64,000 nt of DNA, from assembly GCA_045561055.1 (NCBI GenBank), contig JBJKYL010000013.1, forward strand, positions 64,495 through 128,494, given 5' to 3'. The DNA is from Candidatus Rariloculaceae bacterium (GTDB lineage: Bacteria; Pseudomonadota; Gammaproteobacteria; Steroidobacterales; Rariloculaceae). Under the pieces are notes generated by a model that saw nothing but the letters and a program-made list of their open reading frames with translations, did no database searches and had not been told where the DNA came from. The position numbers and the translations under genes were made by a program. How positions within the stretch are numbered: position 1 is the stretch's first letter; every line of letters starts with the position of its first letter. Shown here piece after piece: positions 53,516 to 62,901 of this stretch.

Positions 53516-54244
53516 TTAGTTTGCTTCTACGTCGGAAGTGTTTTGGAATATAGGATTTGGGAAGAGTTGTCCGGCGATGGTACTTTTTAGGACATCTCGT
53601 GGCGGACCGTCCAGGAAAACTTTTCGGTCGATATACGTTAGTGTTTGTGCGAGCTCGCGGACTTGAGCGATATCGTGGTTGATCCACACGACCGTCCCAC
53701 CGGTTTGAGAGAACTCTACGATCAGCTGTTCTAGGATTTCTCTACCCTCAAGATCTAGTCCCGTCATGGGTTCGTCGAGTACGAGTAGTGAAGGCTCGGG
53801 TATCAATGCCTGTGCGAATAGAACACGCTGACGTTCCCCGCCGGAGAGGCTGCCCAGTTTCGATTTCCCCTTCTCCCCCATCCCAACGCGGTCTAGGACT
53901 TTGTTAATCTCGGCAAGGGGTTGGCGAGTGATACCTAAGAAAACCGGTTTTCGTTGGCGAGCCATCCCCATAAAATCGAGTACCGTGACCGGGAGTGTTT
54001 GATCAAAATTGAGGGTTTGCGGGACGTAGCCAATAGCTTGGCTATCGTTCCATTGGATTAAAATTTTACCTGAGTGGGGCATCTGGCCCAGCATCGCACG
54101 GACAAGCGATGTCTTACCGCCGCCGTTAGCCCCAACAATACAGTGGATCTCGCCGGACCGAATGGCGAAACTGACGCCCTGTAATATCCGAGTGCTACCG
54201 AGACTTAGATTGACGTCTTCAAACTCGATTGATGGTCCTCGCAT
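53516..54244 (-). CDS. Metal ABC transporter ATP-binding protein (ZnuC-like)
   Basis: Walker A GANGGGKTS, Q-loop, signature LSGGERQR, Walker B LLVLDEP and H-loop INHD. Confidence 0.9.
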   Translation of the reverse strand: MRGPSIEFEDVNLSLGSTRILQGVSFAIRSGEIHCIVGANGGGKTSLVRAMLGQMPHSGKILIQWNDSQAIGYVPQTLNFDQTLPVTVLDFMGMARQRKPVFLGITRQPLAEINKVLDRVGMGEKGKSKLGSLSGGERQRVLFAQALIPEPSLLVLDEPMTGLDLEGREILEQLIVEFSQTGGTVVWINHDIAQVRELAQTLTYIDRKVFLDGPPRDVLKSTIAGQLFPNPIFQNTSDVEAN

Positions 54245-54274
54245 TAAAGCTTCCTAATAATTTCTACGATTCGA

Positions 54275-55189
54275 TTACGATGCATCCTGAGCGACGTCGT
54301 TAATAGCTTGCGCCAGTGTGTCTAAGTTTTCGCGCATTTCATTGACAAATTTGTCGGACGTGTAGGGACCGCTACTGATATGAGATATCGAATACATTCC
54401 GACATCGGTCGCCTCCTGAATCGTGTCTGATAAACGGCTAGCAAAATATTTTTCGGCGAACAGCACGTTTACATTGGCGAGGTTGATCCGGTCGATAGTG
54501 TCAGCCATTTGCCGCGCCGTTGGTTCTACGCCATGCCGTGGTTCTATGACCGCCGATACCTGTAGGCCAAGTTCTTGGAGGATATAGTCATAGCCGCTAT
54601 GCATGGTTGCGGAAACAAAGTTTGATAGGTTCGTGCCTGAGACTTTAGTGTCGAAATCTGCGCGTAGCTTGCGGATTTCTAGTGCGTATTGACGTGCGTT
54701 GTTACGAAAAAAATCGGCGTTATTCGGATCTAGTTCGCCTAGTACGCGCGCGATAGAATAGATCTGCTGGATGGCGGCTGTCGTGGATATAAACGTGTGT
54801 GGATTGACCACTTTTTCGCCGCTGTTATCTCCTGTTACTGGTATAAGAGAAACGCCGTCATTGGCATATATCAGTGGAATCTTATCCCGCATACCAGCAG
54901 CATCAAGAATCTCGAACGCCCAAGAGTCATGGCCGATACCGTTGACGACGAGGACGTCCATTGATGTCGTACGCATCATATCGGCCGGTTGCGGTGTATA
55001 GCCATGCGGGTTCGCATCCCCATCAATCATCGGGATAGTCTCTGCACGGTCACCTACAATATTAGCGACGAAGCTGTAATAAGGATGTAGCGTAATACCT
55101 ATACGCAGTGTTTGAGCGCACGCTTCATTACCGACTATAGCTAGTAACAAGCTGATAGCGATTCCGAGTTTCTTAGATATCATAAACAT
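54275..55189 (-). CDS. Metal (Zn/Mn-type) ABC transporter substrate-binding protein with intact His ligand motifs
   Basis: ORF track runs to 55258. ATG 55189 (MFMISKKLGIAISLLLAIVGNEACA) avoids overlap with the upstream gene. LRIGITLHPYYSF, ANPHGYTPQP, VNPHTFIS and TMHSGYDYILQELGL correspond to the cluster A-I ligand motifs. Confidence 0.85.
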   Translation of the reverse strand: MFMISKKLGIAISLLLAIVGNEACAQTLRIGITLHPYYSFVANIVGDRAETIPMIDGDANPHGYTPQPADMMRTTSMDVLVVNGIGHDSWAFEILDAAGMRDKIPLIYANDGVSLIPVTGDNSGEKVVNPHTFISTTAAIQQIYSIARVLGELDPNNADFFRNNARQYALEIRKLRADFDTKVSGTNLSNFVSATMHSGYDYILQELGLQVSAVIEPRHGVEPTARQMADTIDRINLANVNVLFAEKYFASRLSDTIQEATDVGMYSISHISSGPYTSDKFVNEMRENLDTLAQAINDVAQDAS

Positions 55190-55202
55190 AGAGAAACACC
55201 GG

Positions 55203-55847
55203 TTACTCTCCGAAGATCCTTTCAACTTCTTGATCACCACTGTAGGCGACGACTTCACGCCAACCTTGAAGAATCAATGAATCGCGAAATCCGCTCTCTG
55301 GCATTTCCGCATGATTACTCGGTCTCCACCAGACAAGGCCTGAGTTCGTGTTAGTAAATCCAGCATGGACATGGTGGATAACGAGCAGGAAGGAACCCTG
55401 ATCCGGAAGTTGCCCATCTGTTCCTAAGTACATTGTGGATCCCTGCATTTCACCTTCTGGAAGTGGTTCGTGTAGTGACCATTTCAATGAACCGTTCTGT
55501 TCCCAGCTTGTATCTTGGAAAAACGGTGGCAACAAATAATCTTGAAAGTCCTGAAGGTTTGGCCAGCGAAATTTTACGCCCGGTTCGTTAAAAAGATTGA
55601 TGTCATCGTAGATGTATGGAATCTCGTCCTTGACCGTATAAAGCGAGTTGTAGATTGCCTGATCCGCGCCGGTTAAAGTATTAAATGCGCTGATCTGCCA
55701 GTCGTAGATGGCCTCAGGTTGTCCGGTTTGCTCACGGCTTCCGAGGTAAAAACCTAGGGCGCTACCTATGATTATTGTCGCCGCGAATATTATAACTCCT
55801 TCGAGGCGACTTCCGGATGGTCGGACATAATAAGTCGTGGAAGTCAC
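55203..55847 (-). CDS. Membrane-anchored periplasmic protein of unknown function (possibly DUF6162-type, recollection only)
   Basis: One N-terminal TM helix (GVIIFAATIIIGSALGFYLG) followed by a soluble domain with LLVIHHVHAGF. Gaps to both neighbours are 8 and 13 nt. Confidence 0.5.
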   Translation of the reverse strand: MTSTTYYVRPSGSRLEGVIIFAATIIIGSALGFYLGSREQTGQPEAIYDWQISAFNTLTGADQAIYNSLYTVKDEIPYIYDDINLFNEPGVKFRWPNLQDFQDYLLPPFFQDTSWEQNGSLKWSLHEPLPEGEMQGSTMYLGTDGQLPDQGSFLLVIHHVHAGFTNTNSGLVWWRPSNHAEMPESGFRDSLILQGWREVVAYSGDQEVERIFGE

Positions 55848-55855
55848 CGGAATAG

Positions 55856-56701
55856 TTAGTTACTCATTTCTGTGGCTTTTATCCACAGTACAGCATCGAG
55901 GGATAAATCTTTTTCGTTGTGCTTTACCTCGTTGTCTAGATCGAGTGCGCAGATCCCCCACCATCCTGCCTTCGGTAATCCGATCGTTACCTCACCTTGT
56001 GCATTAGCTCTGATGCTAAGCGTGATGAATGAGTTTTGTGGCGGGATTATTTTTGCGTTGGCAGAGAAGCGGTGTTGTTCAATTTGTGGTTCGTGATTTA
56101 GATATTCAACTTCTATCTCGGCATGGGGGACCGGCTGTCCTTCCGCTAGCACGACAGCGCGAAAGACGCCGCCAACCCAGTTGGCATAAGGCTTATCAAG
56201 CGGAACGATTTCAACCGGTAAACCGAGAGGCTTATCCCAGTTACCCGGTATACCGCCGACGTTAATTACGGTTTTTGTTATCTGCTGTATGTACTTGTCT
56301 TCCGCCTCTTCGTAGTAAGGGGAGGGATGAAGGACGAAAGTGTAGTCACCCAGAGAGCGCGTAACGTTTCTCGGTGGATAGGCGACATATGCGGCTGCCG
56401 CGCTATCAACGCCAGACCATATAACAGGTTCAAGATACTGTAAAAGATCTGTCTCGCGCGGTGCGGTTTCTGAGCCGCGCTGGCTGATAACGTAGAAAGC
56501 TTCTGGTTCTCCCATATTCATTGTGTAACCGTTGTTAAAGGGATGAGAGAAAACTAGTGCGAGCGGCAGCGCATGCGATTCGGTGAGTGCCGCATCAGGG
56601 GTGTAAAGAAGTTGGAAATGCGAGAATGCTGGGGAACCGAATGCGCCGAACAGTAATGTACCTGACAGAATAATTGCAGGCTTTAGGCGGGTCGGGCGCA
56701 T
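55856..56701 (-). CDS. Periplasmic DUF4198-like protein
   Basis: ORF track runs to 56824 and overlaps the upstream gene. ATG 56701 gives MRPTRLKPAIILSGTLLFGAFGSPAFS|HFQLLYTPD, so the mature N-terminus is His. The all-beta-looking sequence is typical of DUF4198 proteins found with metal uptake genes. Confidence 0.6.
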   Translation of the reverse strand: MRPTRLKPAIILSGTLLFGAFGSPAFSHFQLLYTPDAALTESHALPLALVFSHPFNNGYTMNMGEPEAFYVISQRGSETAPRETDLLQYLEPVIWSGVDSAAAAYVAYPPRNVTRSLGDYTFVLHPSPYYEEAEDKYIQQITKTVINVGGIPGNWDKPLGLPVEIVPLDKPYANWVGGVFRAVVLAEGQPVPHAEIEVEYLNHEPQIEQHRFSANAKIIPPQNSFITLSIRANAQGEVTIGLPKAGWWGICALDLDNEVKHNEKDLSLDAVLWIKATEMSN

Positions 56702-56714
56702 GGCCTTTGTTGCT

Positions 56715-57101
56715 CTATTCCTCAATGTCACGACCATCGATCTGAACGATATGTCCATCGCCACCCTCGAATTCCACATGGAAGTTTTCTTGCGGCTTGG
56801 TAAAGGTAAAATCGCTTTGATCACTCATAGTTCCTTCTATCAATATTTTTCCGCTACCATTAAGGATACGCATTGGTACGCCCGCGGCGGTACCGCCGTC
56901 TGAAAAACCACCCTCGCATGTAATCGTACCATCGCCGTTGTCATAGCAGTCACAGATCGGCGTATGTGCATATACCAGTTGCAGTATGCTAGCGGATAGG
57001 AGCAGAGAAAACGCAACCTTTTGAGTCACTACTGTTGGCTTTTTAGTGCTTCGAGGCAATTTGTACCGTGATCCTTTCGTAGTTTCATCAATGCTATTCA
57101 T
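56715..57101 (-). CDS. Small secreted Cys/His/Asp/Gly-rich protein, first gene of the metal operon
   Basis: ...SILQLVYA|HTPICDCYDNGDGTITCEGGFSDGGTAAGVP...HVEFEGGDGHIVQIDG. The mature part is about 85 aa, begins with His and has three Cys within 15 residues. Confidence 0.5.
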   Translation of the reverse strand: MNSIDETTKGSRYKLPRSTKKPTVVTQKVAFSLLLSASILQLVYAHTPICDCYDNGDGTITCEGGFSDGGTAAGVPMRILNGSGKILIEGTMSDQSDFTFTKPQENFHVEFEGGDGHIVQIDGRDIEE

Positions 57102-57238
57102 TATGCATGATTGACTTGCTCAATGAACGAGTATAATCCGAAAAATAGGCTGCTTTCTAATGATTATACAAAAGCTTAGCCGTTTATTAACAGGTTAAAG
57201 ATTAGGTTGAACGTTTTCGAGAGGGTGAATTGATACGC

Positions 57239-58102
57239 ATGAAACCCACTTACCGAATGAATGGCGCGTTCCGGATGCCACTAGGTTTTCCGGCTGAAAA
57301 CTTCGCGTCGGCGATAGCATATGAGGCTCAGGCGGGAGATATTTTTGTGGCAACCTACCCTAAGAGTGGGACCACATGGGTGCAGTACATCGTGTACCTT
57401 CTTCTTAATGGAGGTGTGCCGCTACCAGCGGACCATCAGATTGGGAACAGCATTCCGCATCTCGAGGAGGTAGGTGCTGAGTGCGCAAAGGCATTACCTA
57501 TGCCTAGGGTTATCAAGACTCACTTCACGTTAGATTTTATGGTTACGAATCCGAAAGCTCGCTACATTACCGTAGCGCGAAATCCATTCGACTGTGCTGT
57601 GTCCTTTTATCACCACACGCGTGGTTTTGAACGTCACTACCAGTTTTCCAGAGGTACCTTTGATGATTTCTTCGAATGTTTTCTAGCCGGTGAGGTTGAC
57701 TGGGGTGATTATTTTGATTCGTTGGCATCGTGGTTCGGGCATCGCGAAGATAAAAATGTGCTATTTCTAACTTATGAAAGTATGAAGCTGGATTCGAAAA
57801 AGGTTATAGCGCAGATTGCGTCCTTTCTAGATCTCCCAAGCGCAAAGGATGAATTTAAGTTGGCTGAAATTGATTATCACAGTAGTTTCGACGAGATGTG
57901 TCAGAATCTAGAGCGCTGGTCTAGCCGACGTCCTGATGATATGCCTGCATTCATTCGTAAGGGGATAGTTGGTGATTGGCGTAATTATTTTTCAGTAAAT
58001 CAGGCACATCGTTTGGTGGAAAAGTTCGAACGCCGGGCGGCGATAGCAGGATTTGATAACCTATGGACAGATATTCTAGACGCTGCACGACGCATGACGT
58101 GA
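57239..58102 (+). CDS. Cytosolic PAPS-dependent sulfotransferase, eukaryote-like SULT (Sulfotransfer_1) family
   Basis: ORF track starts at TTG 57230. ATG 57239 follows GAGGGTG. 5-prime-PSB loop TYPKSGTTWVQYIV, catalytic KTH (PRVIKTHFT), 3-prime-PB RNPFDCAVSFYHH, and C-terminal RKGIVGDWRNYFS. All four align with mammalian SULT1 motifs as I recall them. Confidence 0.85.
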   Translation: MKPTYRMNGAFRMPLGFPAENFASAIAYEAQAGDIFVATYPKSGTTWVQYIVYLLLNGGVPLPADHQIGNSIPHLEEVGAECAKALPMPRVIKTHFTLDFMVTNPKARYITVARNPFDCAVSFYHHTRGFERHYQFSRGTFDDFFECFLAGEVDWGDYFDSLASWFGHREDKNVLFLTYESMKLDSKKVIAQIASFLDLPSAKDEFKLAEIDYHSSFDEMCQNLERWSSRRPDDMPAFIRKGIVGDWRNYFSVNQAHRLVEKFERRAAIAGFDNLWTDILDAARRMT

Positions 58103-58124
58103 TAAACCGTAATGGGAGAAGGAT

Positions 58125-58415
58125 ATGGAAACTCAAACAAATAAAGAACTAGAAGCAGCGGTTCTGCGACGTCTGTTGAAACATTTAGACGAACGTAAGG
58201 ATGTGCAAAATATAGAGTTGATGATCCTAGCCGGGTTCTGCCGAAATTGTTTGAGTAAGTGGTATGCCGAGGCTGCAGAGGAGAGGGGACTTGAAATGGA
58301 TCTTGATGAGGCCCGTCAGGAGATTTACGGCATGACCTACGACGAATGGAAAGAGCACTATCAGCAACCCGCGACAGACGAGCAGATGGCTCGCTTTAAG
58401 GCACTACCGAAGTAG
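58125..58415 (+). CDS. DUF1244-family small protein
   Basis: 96 aa. LKHLDERKDVQNIELMILAGFCRNCLSKWY...GMTYDEWKEHYQ matches the DUF1244 signature. Starts 22 nt after the sulfotransferase stop. Confidence 0.75.
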   Translation: METQTNKELEAAVLRRLLKHLDERKDVQNIELMILAGFCRNCLSKWYAEAAEERGLEMDLDEARQEIYGMTYDEWKEHYQQPATDEQMARFKALPK

Positions 58416-58529
58416 ATGATGCCTATAAGGTGCCGGTACTGTTAAGTGTAAGATCTACTATCTGAAGCGATCTAAGAATTGCGATGAAGATTTTGTTCCT
58501 AGATTTAACACGGGTTTCCGCCCTGCGAT

Positions 58530-59306
58530 CTATGCGGTGTCGAATTGGCAGCGAACCTTTCCTAGATCCTCCACGGTTGCTTCGAATGAATCGCCGGGTA
58601 GCACTGGGATAATGGGGATCAAACTACCGGCGAACACTATTTGCCCAGCGCGGAGCTGTTGGCCCGCTATGGCCAGCGCGTTTGCTAGCCAGACTAGGAC
58701 GTTAAGGGGGCTGCCCATACAATTAGCGCTTGTACCAGAGTCGACGATCCTGCCATTCTTTGACATCGTAAGACCAATATTCGATAGGTCAAAGTCGGCC
58801 CTTAGCGGAAATCGCTCACCTAATACGTAACCTGCGGCAGCTGCGTTTTCCGCGGCCATATCAACGGCGTTGAATTTACCACTGAAGCTGCTGTCAGGAA
58901 TCTCTAGAGCTGGATAAATGGCGCCAATCGAGGCACGCACACCTGCTTCGTCGAATGCATCGCCAGTTAGATCCTGAGATAGTTCCATGACTATCTCGCC
59001 TTCTAGTTTCGGGTTGGCCAAACTGCCCTCTGGTATCGTTGAGCCGTTGGCAAACTCCATGTCTTTAAAGAGCGTGCCGTAGACTGGTTCTTTGGTTCCA
59101 AAGAGTCGTTGCGATTCGAGCGTTGTGAATGCCACCTTGTATCCCGTTTGCTTCCGACCTGCCTGGAGCCAGATATTTCGGTTAATCGTCTGAATCTCAT
59201 AAGCTTCGGTAATATGAGGTATCTTGCTGTGTAAAGGTGGGATAGGCTCAAATCCGTTAGCAGAACGTACTTGAGCTGCCAGCTTAGTTTGTTCGGATGT
59301 ATTCAA
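58530..59306 (-). CDS. 2-keto-4-pentenoate hydratase / 2-oxohepta-3-ene-1,7-dioate hydratase family (MhpD/HpcG-like)
   Basis: ITEAYEIQTINRNIWLQAGRKQTGYKVAFT and EGEIVMEL...PALEIPDS are typical of the MhpD-type FAH-superfamily hydratases. Confidence 0.75.
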   Translation of the reverse strand: MNTSEQTKLAAQVRSANGFEPIPPLHSKIPHITEAYEIQTINRNIWLQAGRKQTGYKVAFTTLESQRLFGTKEPVYGTLFKDMEFANGSTIPEGSLANPKLEGEIVMELSQDLTGDAFDEAGVRASIGAIYPALEIPDSSFSGKFNAVDMAAENAAAAGYVLGERFPLRADFDLSNIGLTMSKNGRIVDSGTSANCMGSPLNVLVWLANALAIAGQQLRAGQIVFAGSLIPIIPVLPGDSFEATVEDLGKVRCQFDTA

Positions 59307-59439
59307 GATAACACTCCCTTTAACGGCTCTATTATAAGTTGGTTTCGTAGCCCATTTGGAGCGCGACTGTTATATCAGGATCAGGCGATGACAAATCGAT
59401 ACTAACGCAAATACAACTATGTATTTTCAGTTAATGCAA

Positions 59440-60438
59440 CTAGTAACGACGGTTGGTAGCAAAGTACGCTAGGCTAGACAATGCTGTTTTGTATTTGCTA
59501 TCCGGAAGGCTTTTTAGTGCCTCTACTGCAAGTTTCGCTTCGCTTAACGCACGCTCCGTCGTGTAGCGAAGCCCACCGGAAGCGTCAATAGCAATTTGGA
59601 TTGATGTTAGGTTTTGCGTTCCGCCTGTCTCGATGGCTTCTCGAATTAAGTGACGCTCGGCTGCGCTACCGTTATCCATCGCGTAGATTAACGGTAGTGT
59701 CGGTTTTCCTTCAGCCAAGTCGTCGCCGATGTTCTTGCCGAGTTCCTCAGTTGTCGCATCGTAGTCGAGTGCGTCGTCGACGAGTTGGAATGCTAGCCCT
59801 AGGTGGCGACCATAAGCGATGAGTGCCTTTTCGCCGATGTTATCTAAATTTGCCAGGATCGCGCCAATCTGAGTGCCGGCTTCGAATAATTTCGCAGTTT
59901 TTCGATAGACGATCTCGATATAGTCTGCTTCAGTAATGTCTGGGTTATTACAGTTCATCAGCTGTAAAACCTCGCCTTCTGCGATTGTGTTAGTCGCATT
60001 TGCAAGAATATCGAGAATTCTGAGTTCCTCAATTTCCACCATCATCTGGAAGGCACGCGAATATAGGAAATCGCCAACAAGCACGCTCGCTTGATTGCCG
60101 AACATTTCATTGGCAGTCTTGTGGCCGCGGCGGAGACTAGAGTCGTCTACTACGTCATCGTGGAGCAGGGTTGCTGTATGAATAAACTCGATAATGGCTG
60201 CCGATAGTATGTGCTCATCACCTTCGTACCCGCAGGCACGCGCGGCAAGAAGCGTGGTTAGTGGGCGTAAACGCTTTCCGCCTCCGTGAACAATATGGTG
60301 CGCAACTTGATTAACTAAGGCTACATCGCTCCCAAGCCGCTGGATAATCAGTCGGTTGACATTTGCCCATTCGTGCGCGACAGGTTCCCTGAACTCTTCC
60401 AGAGATGGAGCTGTGAGTTTTGAATCGGCTACGTGCAT
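59440..60438 (-). CDS. ispB: Octaprenyl-diphosphate synthase
   Basis: GGKRLRP, the first DDxxD in LLHDDVVDDSSLRRG, the second in FQLVDDALDY, GKPTLPLIYA. Conserved position divergent from rplU-rpmA. Confidence 0.9.
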   Translation of the reverse strand: MHVADSKLTAPSLEEFREPVAHEWANVNRLIIQRLGSDVALVNQVAHHIVHGGGKRLRPLTTLLAARACGYEGDEHILSAAIIEFIHTATLLHDDVVDDSSLRRGHKTANEMFGNQASVLVGDFLYSRAFQMMVEIEELRILDILANATNTIAEGEVLQLMNCNNPDITEADYIEIVYRKTAKLFEAGTQIGAILANLDNIGEKALIAYGRHLGLAFQLVDDALDYDATTEELGKNIGDDLAEGKPTLPLIYAMDNGSAAERHLIREAIETGGTQNLTSIQIAIDASGGLRYTTERALSEAKLAVEALKSLPDSKYKTALSSLAYFATNRRY

Positions 60439-60547
60439 TAAGAGTAAATAATGCCTGATAGATATCAGTTTAGCGATCTTGATGGCCTGGTTCCGATAAT
60501 AGATGTTTTGCTTAGCCCTCTATCTATATAGAATAGAGGTTGGCTCG

Positions 60548-60576
60548 TTGACCCGACCCGGCTAACTCACTACAAT
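60548..60576 (+). promoter_or_regulatory. Candidate sigma-70 promoter for rplU-rpmA
   Basis: TTGACC (60548-60553), a 17-nt spacer, then TACAAT (60571-60576), about 60 nt upstream of the rplU ATG. It is followed by a short GC hairpin GCGCG-N9-CGCGC. Confidence 0.4.
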
Positions 60577-60637
60577 TGCGCGCCTCTCTGACGCGCTTCA
60601 CGTAAGTCAAAATAGTCAAGCAGGAGCTTGCGCTTCA

Positions 60638-61087
60638 ATGTATGCGGTTTTTCGAACAGGCGGTAAACAATATCGCGCGAGGAAGGGGGATCGGCTGCAA
60701 GTCGAACGCCTCGAAGCGCGGGAAGGCACGACTGTGCAATTTGACGATGTGTTACTCGTGGGTGAGGGTACGGACGTTCAGTTAGGTTCGCCGATTCTTC
60801 CTGGTGGTTGTGTTAAGGCGAAAGTGACTGAGCAGGGACGGGGCAAGAAGATTGTTGTCCTGAAGTTCAAACGTCGCAAAAACTATAGGCGAACCAAGGG
60901 CCACCGGCAGTATTTTACCGAGATCGAGATTACATCGATTGTGGCGGGGGCGCCGGACAAAGCGGCGGAGCCTGCTACGAAGAAGACAGCCAAGAAGACA
61001 GCCAAGAAGATAGCGAAGAAAACAGCCAAGAAGACAGCCAAGAAGATAGCGAAGAAAACAGCCAAGAAGACAGCCAAGAAAACTTAG
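60638..61087 (+). CDS. rplU: 50S ribosomal protein L21 with a 45-aa Lys/Ala/Thr-rich C-terminal extension
   Basis: [25 protein letters not shown]...[26 protein letters not shown] is colinear with E. coli L21 (103 aa). The protein then continues [47 protein letters not shown]. Confidence 0.95.
   Translation: MYAVFRTGGKQYRARKGDRLQVERLEAREGTTVQFDDVLLVGEGTDVQLGSPILPGGCVKAKVTEQGRGKKIVVLKFKRRKNYRRTKGHRQYFTEIEITSIVAGAPDKAAEPATKKTAKKTAKKIAKKTAKKTAKKIAKKTAKKTAKKT
60980..61084 (+). repeat. In-frame tandem repeat (12-nt KKTA/KKIA unit, 36-nt super-unit) inside rplU
   Basis: AAGAAGACAGCC AAGAAGACAGCC AAGAAGATAGCG AAGAAAACAGCC ... repeated. The 36-nt block [12 protein letters not shown] occurs nearly three times. 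Confidence 0.9.
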
Positions 61088-61125
61088 GGTCGAGTTTACG
61101 TCAAGAATTTCTGTGGAGAGAAACG

Positions 61126-61383
61126 ATGGCACACAAGAAAGCGGGCGGTAGTTCTAAGAACGGTCGTGACTCTGAGTCAAAACGGCTTGGTATCAAACGT
61201 TACGGCGGTGAGCATGTCCTTGCTGGGAATATTATCGTGCGGCAGCGTGGAACCCGTTTTCATGCGGGACTGAATGTAGGGCTGGGGAAGGACCACACCC
61301 TTTTCGCAACAGCCGAGGGCAGAGTACGGTTCGAAAAAAAAGGGCCTAACAGCCGTAAGTTTGTTAGTGTCACGATTGATTAG
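61126..61383 (+). CDS. rpmA: 50S ribosomal protein L27
   Basis: [48 protein letters not shown]; 85 aa. Confidence 0.95.
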   Translation: MAHKKAGGSSKNGRDSESKRLGIKRYGGEHVLAGNIIVRQRGTRFHAGLNVGLGKDHTLFATAEGRVRFEKKGPNSRKFVSVTID

Positions 61384-61424
61384 ACGCTAAGCTAACTAAG
61401 CGGTGCATAGCTTTGGGGCTGTGA

Positions 61425-62486
<1,062 letters not shown>

Positions 62487-62495
62487 TTTCTTAAC

Positions 62496-62759
62496 TCAGG
62501 CCATCGCTTTGATCTTAGCGTTCAATCGGCTCTTGTAGCGAGCGGCCCGATTCTTCCGTAGTATTCCTTTACTTACTAACCGATCGATCTCGGGCGCTGT
62601 GGCTTTGTAAACTTGATTCGCGGCGTTTTGGTCGCCTACCTTGATGGCAGTCAGTATTTTTCTCAAAGCTCCGCGTAGTCGAGACCGTAACGCCATATTA
62701 CGATTACGTCGGACGACGTTTTGACGGGCTCGCTTCTTTGCTGATCGGATATTGGCCAC
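62496..62759 (-). CDS. rpsT: 30S ribosomal protein S20
   Basis: ORF track runs to 62846. The in-frame GTG at 62757-62759 gives (M)ANIRSAKKRARQNVVRRNRNMALRSRLR..., 87 aa, the canonical S20 length and N-terminus. Confidence 0.9.
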   Translation of the reverse strand: MANIRSAKKRARQNVVRRNRNMALRSRLRGALRKILTAIKVGDQNAANQVYKATAPEIDRLVSKGILRKNRAARYKSRLNAKIKAMA

Positions 62760-62901
62760 GAGTTGTACTCTGTTCCTTGAGAGGCTAAAAACGGACAGGT
62801 GCCCGGGGAAGGGCGGTATTATTGGGAGACGTCTAGCGCAAGTCAAGCTAAGACGAGCTTAAGTGGCGGAATTACGCATTGAACACGGAGTCAGGTAGGC
62901 A

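Noticed and set aside
57150-57175. Possible Fur/Zur box (CTAATGATTATACAAAAG) upstream of the metal-uptake operon
   Set aside because: Only the AATGAT core matches the Fur consensus, and there is no convincing dyad. The same bases also supply a plausible minus-strand -10 (TATAAT at 57163-57168). It is not strong enough to call without a genome-trained matrix.
60517-60539. Imperfect palindrome CCTCTAT-CTATATAG-A-ATAGAGG between ispB and rplU, considered as a terminator or operator
   Set aside because: Both flanking genes are transcribed away from it, so it is not a terminator. It is AT-rich and imperfect, and I have no regulator to link it to. I noted it but did not call it.
60782-61132. 116-aa and 64-aa minus-strand ORFs with [12 protein letters not shown] / [12 protein letters not shown] repeats that look like a repetitive membrane peptide
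   Set aside because: They are the antisense reading of the KKTA repeat in rplU. The periodicity comes from the sense-strand repeat, and there is no independent start or RBS context.
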